DNA from: Phycisphaeraceae bacterium
Lineage (GTDB): Bacteria > Planctomycetota > Phycisphaerae > Phycisphaerales > Phycisphaeraceae
Reading direction: 5' to 3'
Assembly (NCBI GenBank): GCA_029260655.1
Contig: JAJDCU010000034.1
Coordinates: forward strand, 64,582-128,581
DNA: 64,000 bases
Positions 61,882-64,000 of the stretch are shown here, piece after piece; the stretch's first letter is position 1; each line of letters begins with the position of its first letter. A program made the position numbers and the translations under genes. The notes beneath the pieces are model-generated. The model had not been told where the DNA came from. It ran no database searches and saw only the letters and a list, made by a program, of their open reading frames with translations.

Positions 61882-64000
61882 ATGAGCCAGTTCACCCGCC
61901 AACTCGAAAAACGTGTCCTGATCCTCGACGGCGCGATGGGCACTTCGATCCATGCGATCGATGACCTGGACCTTGAAAGAGATTACCTCGGGCGAGAGAA
62001 CTGCACCGAGGTGCTCTTGTTGACCCGTCCCGAAGTGATCCAGCAGATCCACGAATCGTTCCTGGAGATCGGCGCGGATGCGGTCGAGACCGATTCGTTT
62101 AATACCAGCGTTCACACGATGGGGGACCAGGATCTCTCTGATCGTGTGTACGAATTGAACAAGCTGGCAGCGGAAGTCGCACGCAAGGCCTGCGAGAAGT
62201 ATTCGACAGCCGAAAAACCAAGATTTGTAATCGGCTCGATGGGGCCGGGCACCAAGCTCATCACGCTGGGTAATATCGGCTGGGACACGATGCACGCCAG
62301 CTATGCCGAACAGGTCCGTGGCCTGATCGATGGCGGCGCAGACGTGCTGTTGATCGAAACCGCGCAGGATATCCTGCAGGTAAAGTGTGTGATCGATGCG
62401 GCACTGAGCGTGCTGAAAGAGAAGGGACTTAAGCCTGACACGGGCGATAACGATGGTGACATCCCGATCATGGTGCAAGTGACCATCGAACAAGGGATGG
62501 GTACGACCCTGATCGGGACCGACATCGCGGGCGTCGCCGCAACACTGCGCGACCTGCCGATTTTTTCGCTGGGTATGAATTGCGCGACCGGCCCGACGGA
62601 GATGGCCGAGCACGTCAACTATCTGGCCAGGAACTGGCCTCGCAAGATCAGCCTGCTCCCCAACGCCGGCCTTCCCACCCTGGTTGAAGGCCAGACTGTT
62701 TTCCCGCTGCAACCCGAACCCTTCGCGAAGAAGGTTGCCGAGTATGTCGACACCTGCGGGATCAATATCGTCGGCGGCTGCTGCGGCACGACGCCAGGGC
62801 ATATCGCCGCGCTGGTTCAGGCCGTCGGCGACCGCGCACCGGCCAAAGTCATCAAAGAGCCCTGGAAGTCGGCGATCTCGTCGCTGATGGGCGCGGTTGA
62901 GTACCGCCAGGACCTGTCGATCCTGAATATCGGCGAGCGGACCAACGCCTCGGGCTCTCGGAAGTTCAAACGGCTCCTTGAAGAGGAAAACTGGGACGAG
63001 ATCATGAGCCTGGCGCGCGAGATGGTGCGCGAGGGCTCGCACGTGATCGATGTCAACGTCGACTACGCCGGGCGAGACAACGCCAAGGACATGGCCCAGG
63101 TCGTCGGGCTGCTGGTCCAGCAGGTCAACGCGCCCTTGATGCTCGACTCGACCCAGCCTGCGACGATCGAGGCCGGCCTGAAACGAGCGGGCGGTAAGTG
63201 CATCATCAACTCGGCGAACCTCGAAGACGGCGAAGCCAAGTTCGCGTTGATGTGTAACCTCGCCAAGAAATACGGCGCGGGCCTGGTGCTGGGCACCATC
63301 GATGAAGACCCCGAAGAAGCGATGGCGCGTACCGCCGACCGTAAAATTGAAATCGCGCAGCGGATGTTCAAGCTGGCGACACAGAAGCACGGGCTCGCCG
63401 CCGGCGATCTGATGTTCGACCCGCTGGTGTTGCCGATCTCCACCGGGATGGAGAAGGACCGCCGCAGCGCGTTGGAAACGATCGAGGGCACCCGCCGGAT
63501 CGCCAAGGCGTTCCCCGAGTCTCAGATCACCTGCGGATTGAGCAATGTCAGCTTCGGGCTCAACCCCGCGGCGCGGCAGGTGCTTAATAGCGTGTTCCTA
63601 CACGAACTTGTCGAGGCAGGTCTGACCAGCGCGATCCTGCACGTGACCAAGATCCTGCCCAAGACAAGGATAGACGACGCGCAGTGGCAGGCGGCCCTTG
63701 AGCTGATCTATAACCGCGCACCCGACCAGGCGGTGACGTTGGCCGACGGGACGGAAACCACCGACCCCTTGCAGATATTCATCGACCTGTTCCCCGACGG
63801 GTCCGAGGCGCAGTCCGTCAAGCAGGATATCGCTGATTTGCCGCTTGAGGAGCGGCTACAAAAGCACATCATCGACGGTGAGAAGAAGGGCCTGCCCGAG
63901 ACACTCGACGAGGCGAGGAAGAAGTACCCGCCGCTGGCCATCGTCAACGACCACCTGCTAGCCGGGATGAAGGTCGTCGGCGAGCTGTTCGGCTCCGGGC
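61882..64000 (+). CDS. metH: Cobalamin-dependent methionine synthase (3'-truncated by the window edge)
   Basis: I translated this frame by hand to the window end and found no stop. It contains MSQFTRQLEKRVLILDGAMGTSI, GGCCGTTPGHI, LNIGERTNASGSRKF, GLSNVSFG and IVNDHLLAGMKVVGELFGSG. The ORF track shows only the antisense shadow ORF 61831..63390. Confidence 0.9.
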   Translation, partial: MSQFTRQLEKRVLILDGAMGTSIHAIDDLDLERDYLGRENCTEVLLLTRPEVIQQIHESFLEIGADAVETDSFNTSVHTMGDQDLSDRVYELNKLAAEVARKACEKYSTAEKPRFVIGSMGPGTKLITLGNIGWDTMHASYAEQVRGLIDGGADVLLIETAQDILQVKCVIDAALSVLKEKGLKPDTGDNDGDIPIMVQVTIEQGMGTTLIGTDIAGVAATLRDLPIFSLGMNCATGPTEMAEHVNYLARNWPRKISLLPNAGLPTLVEGQTVFPLQPEPFAKKVAEYVDTCGINIVGGCCGTTPGHIAALVQAVGDRAPAKVIKEPWKSAISSLMGAVEYRQDLSILNIGERTNASGSRKFKRLLEEENWDEIMSLAREMVREGSHVIDVNVDYAGRDNAKDMAQVVGLLVQQVNAPLMLDSTQPATIEAGLKRAGGKCIINSANLEDGEAKFALMCNLAKKYGAGLVLGTIDEDPEEAMARTADRKIEIAQRMFKLATQKHGLAAGDLMFDPLVLPISTGMEKDRRSALETIEGTRRIAKAFPESQITCGLSNVSFGLNPAARQVLNSVFLHELVEAGLTSAILHVTKILPKTRIDDAQWQAALELIYNRAPDQAVTLADGTETTDPLQIFIDLFPDGSEAQSVKQDIADLPLEERLQKHIIDGEKKGLPETLDEARKKYPPLAIVNDHLLAGMKVVGELFGSG

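Noticed and set aside
61831-63390. 519-aa minus-strand ORF, the longest ORF in the track for this region.
   Set aside because: It is antisense to an unmistakable metH reading frame (GGCCGTTPGHI, GLSNVSFG and others). The metH frame is missing from the track only because it has no stop inside the window.

Overview
This is a high-GC bacterial chromosome segment. Its gene content suggests a Planctomycetota/Phycisphaerae-like host, though that is inference only: many PEP-CTERM proteins, membrane proteins ending in a C-x2-C-x-YDLRG...CPECG zinc ribbon, and few Shine-Dalgarno sites.

The window has three blocks.

(1) 1-18.4 kb is the right-hand part of a prophage-like element beside tRNA-Ala(GGC). 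Nearly all of its genes are on the minus strand. It carries tail-type LamG and glycosidase proteins, an esterase/lipoprotein/membrane-protein envelope cassette, an AT-rich opposite-strand moron, an orphan C5 DNA methyltransferase next to a DUF5131 gene, a J-domain protein, a replication-initiator-like gene containing four internal iterons, and two tyrosine recombinases.

(2) 19-40 kb is housekeeping: RNase H, an IDH-family dehydrogenase, sppA, larC (N-terminal part only), an M48 peptidase, dapF, accBC, an M24 peptidase, hisI, folD, cinA and a CpsB-type phosphatase.

(3) 40.4-56.2 kb is an array of 16 minus-strand PEP-CTERM genes. It is interrupted by a sigma-54 activator with no sensory domain and by an orphan pseudo-receiver. 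After it come two zinc-ribbon membrane proteins, two tRNA-Arg genes, nadK, a Zn-ADH, uppP and a 3'-truncated metH.

The most interesting non-obvious signals are:
- a promoter-then-terminator module just upstream of the phage envelope/tail block, possibly a late antitermination switch;
- iterons inside the rep-like gene;
- a telomere-like G-tract heptad repeat paired with an inverted C-rich arm, filling the whole accB-accC spacer;
- a conserved 30-bp AGGTCA-N9-TGACCT element upstream of two PEP-CTERM genes;
- a 28-nt tRNA-Arg 3' fragment that brackets a 4.1-kb islet;
- duplicated 3' anchor-plus-terminator cassettes whose hairpins pair properly only on the minus-strand RNA.

No CRISPR array, rRNA or transposase was seen.
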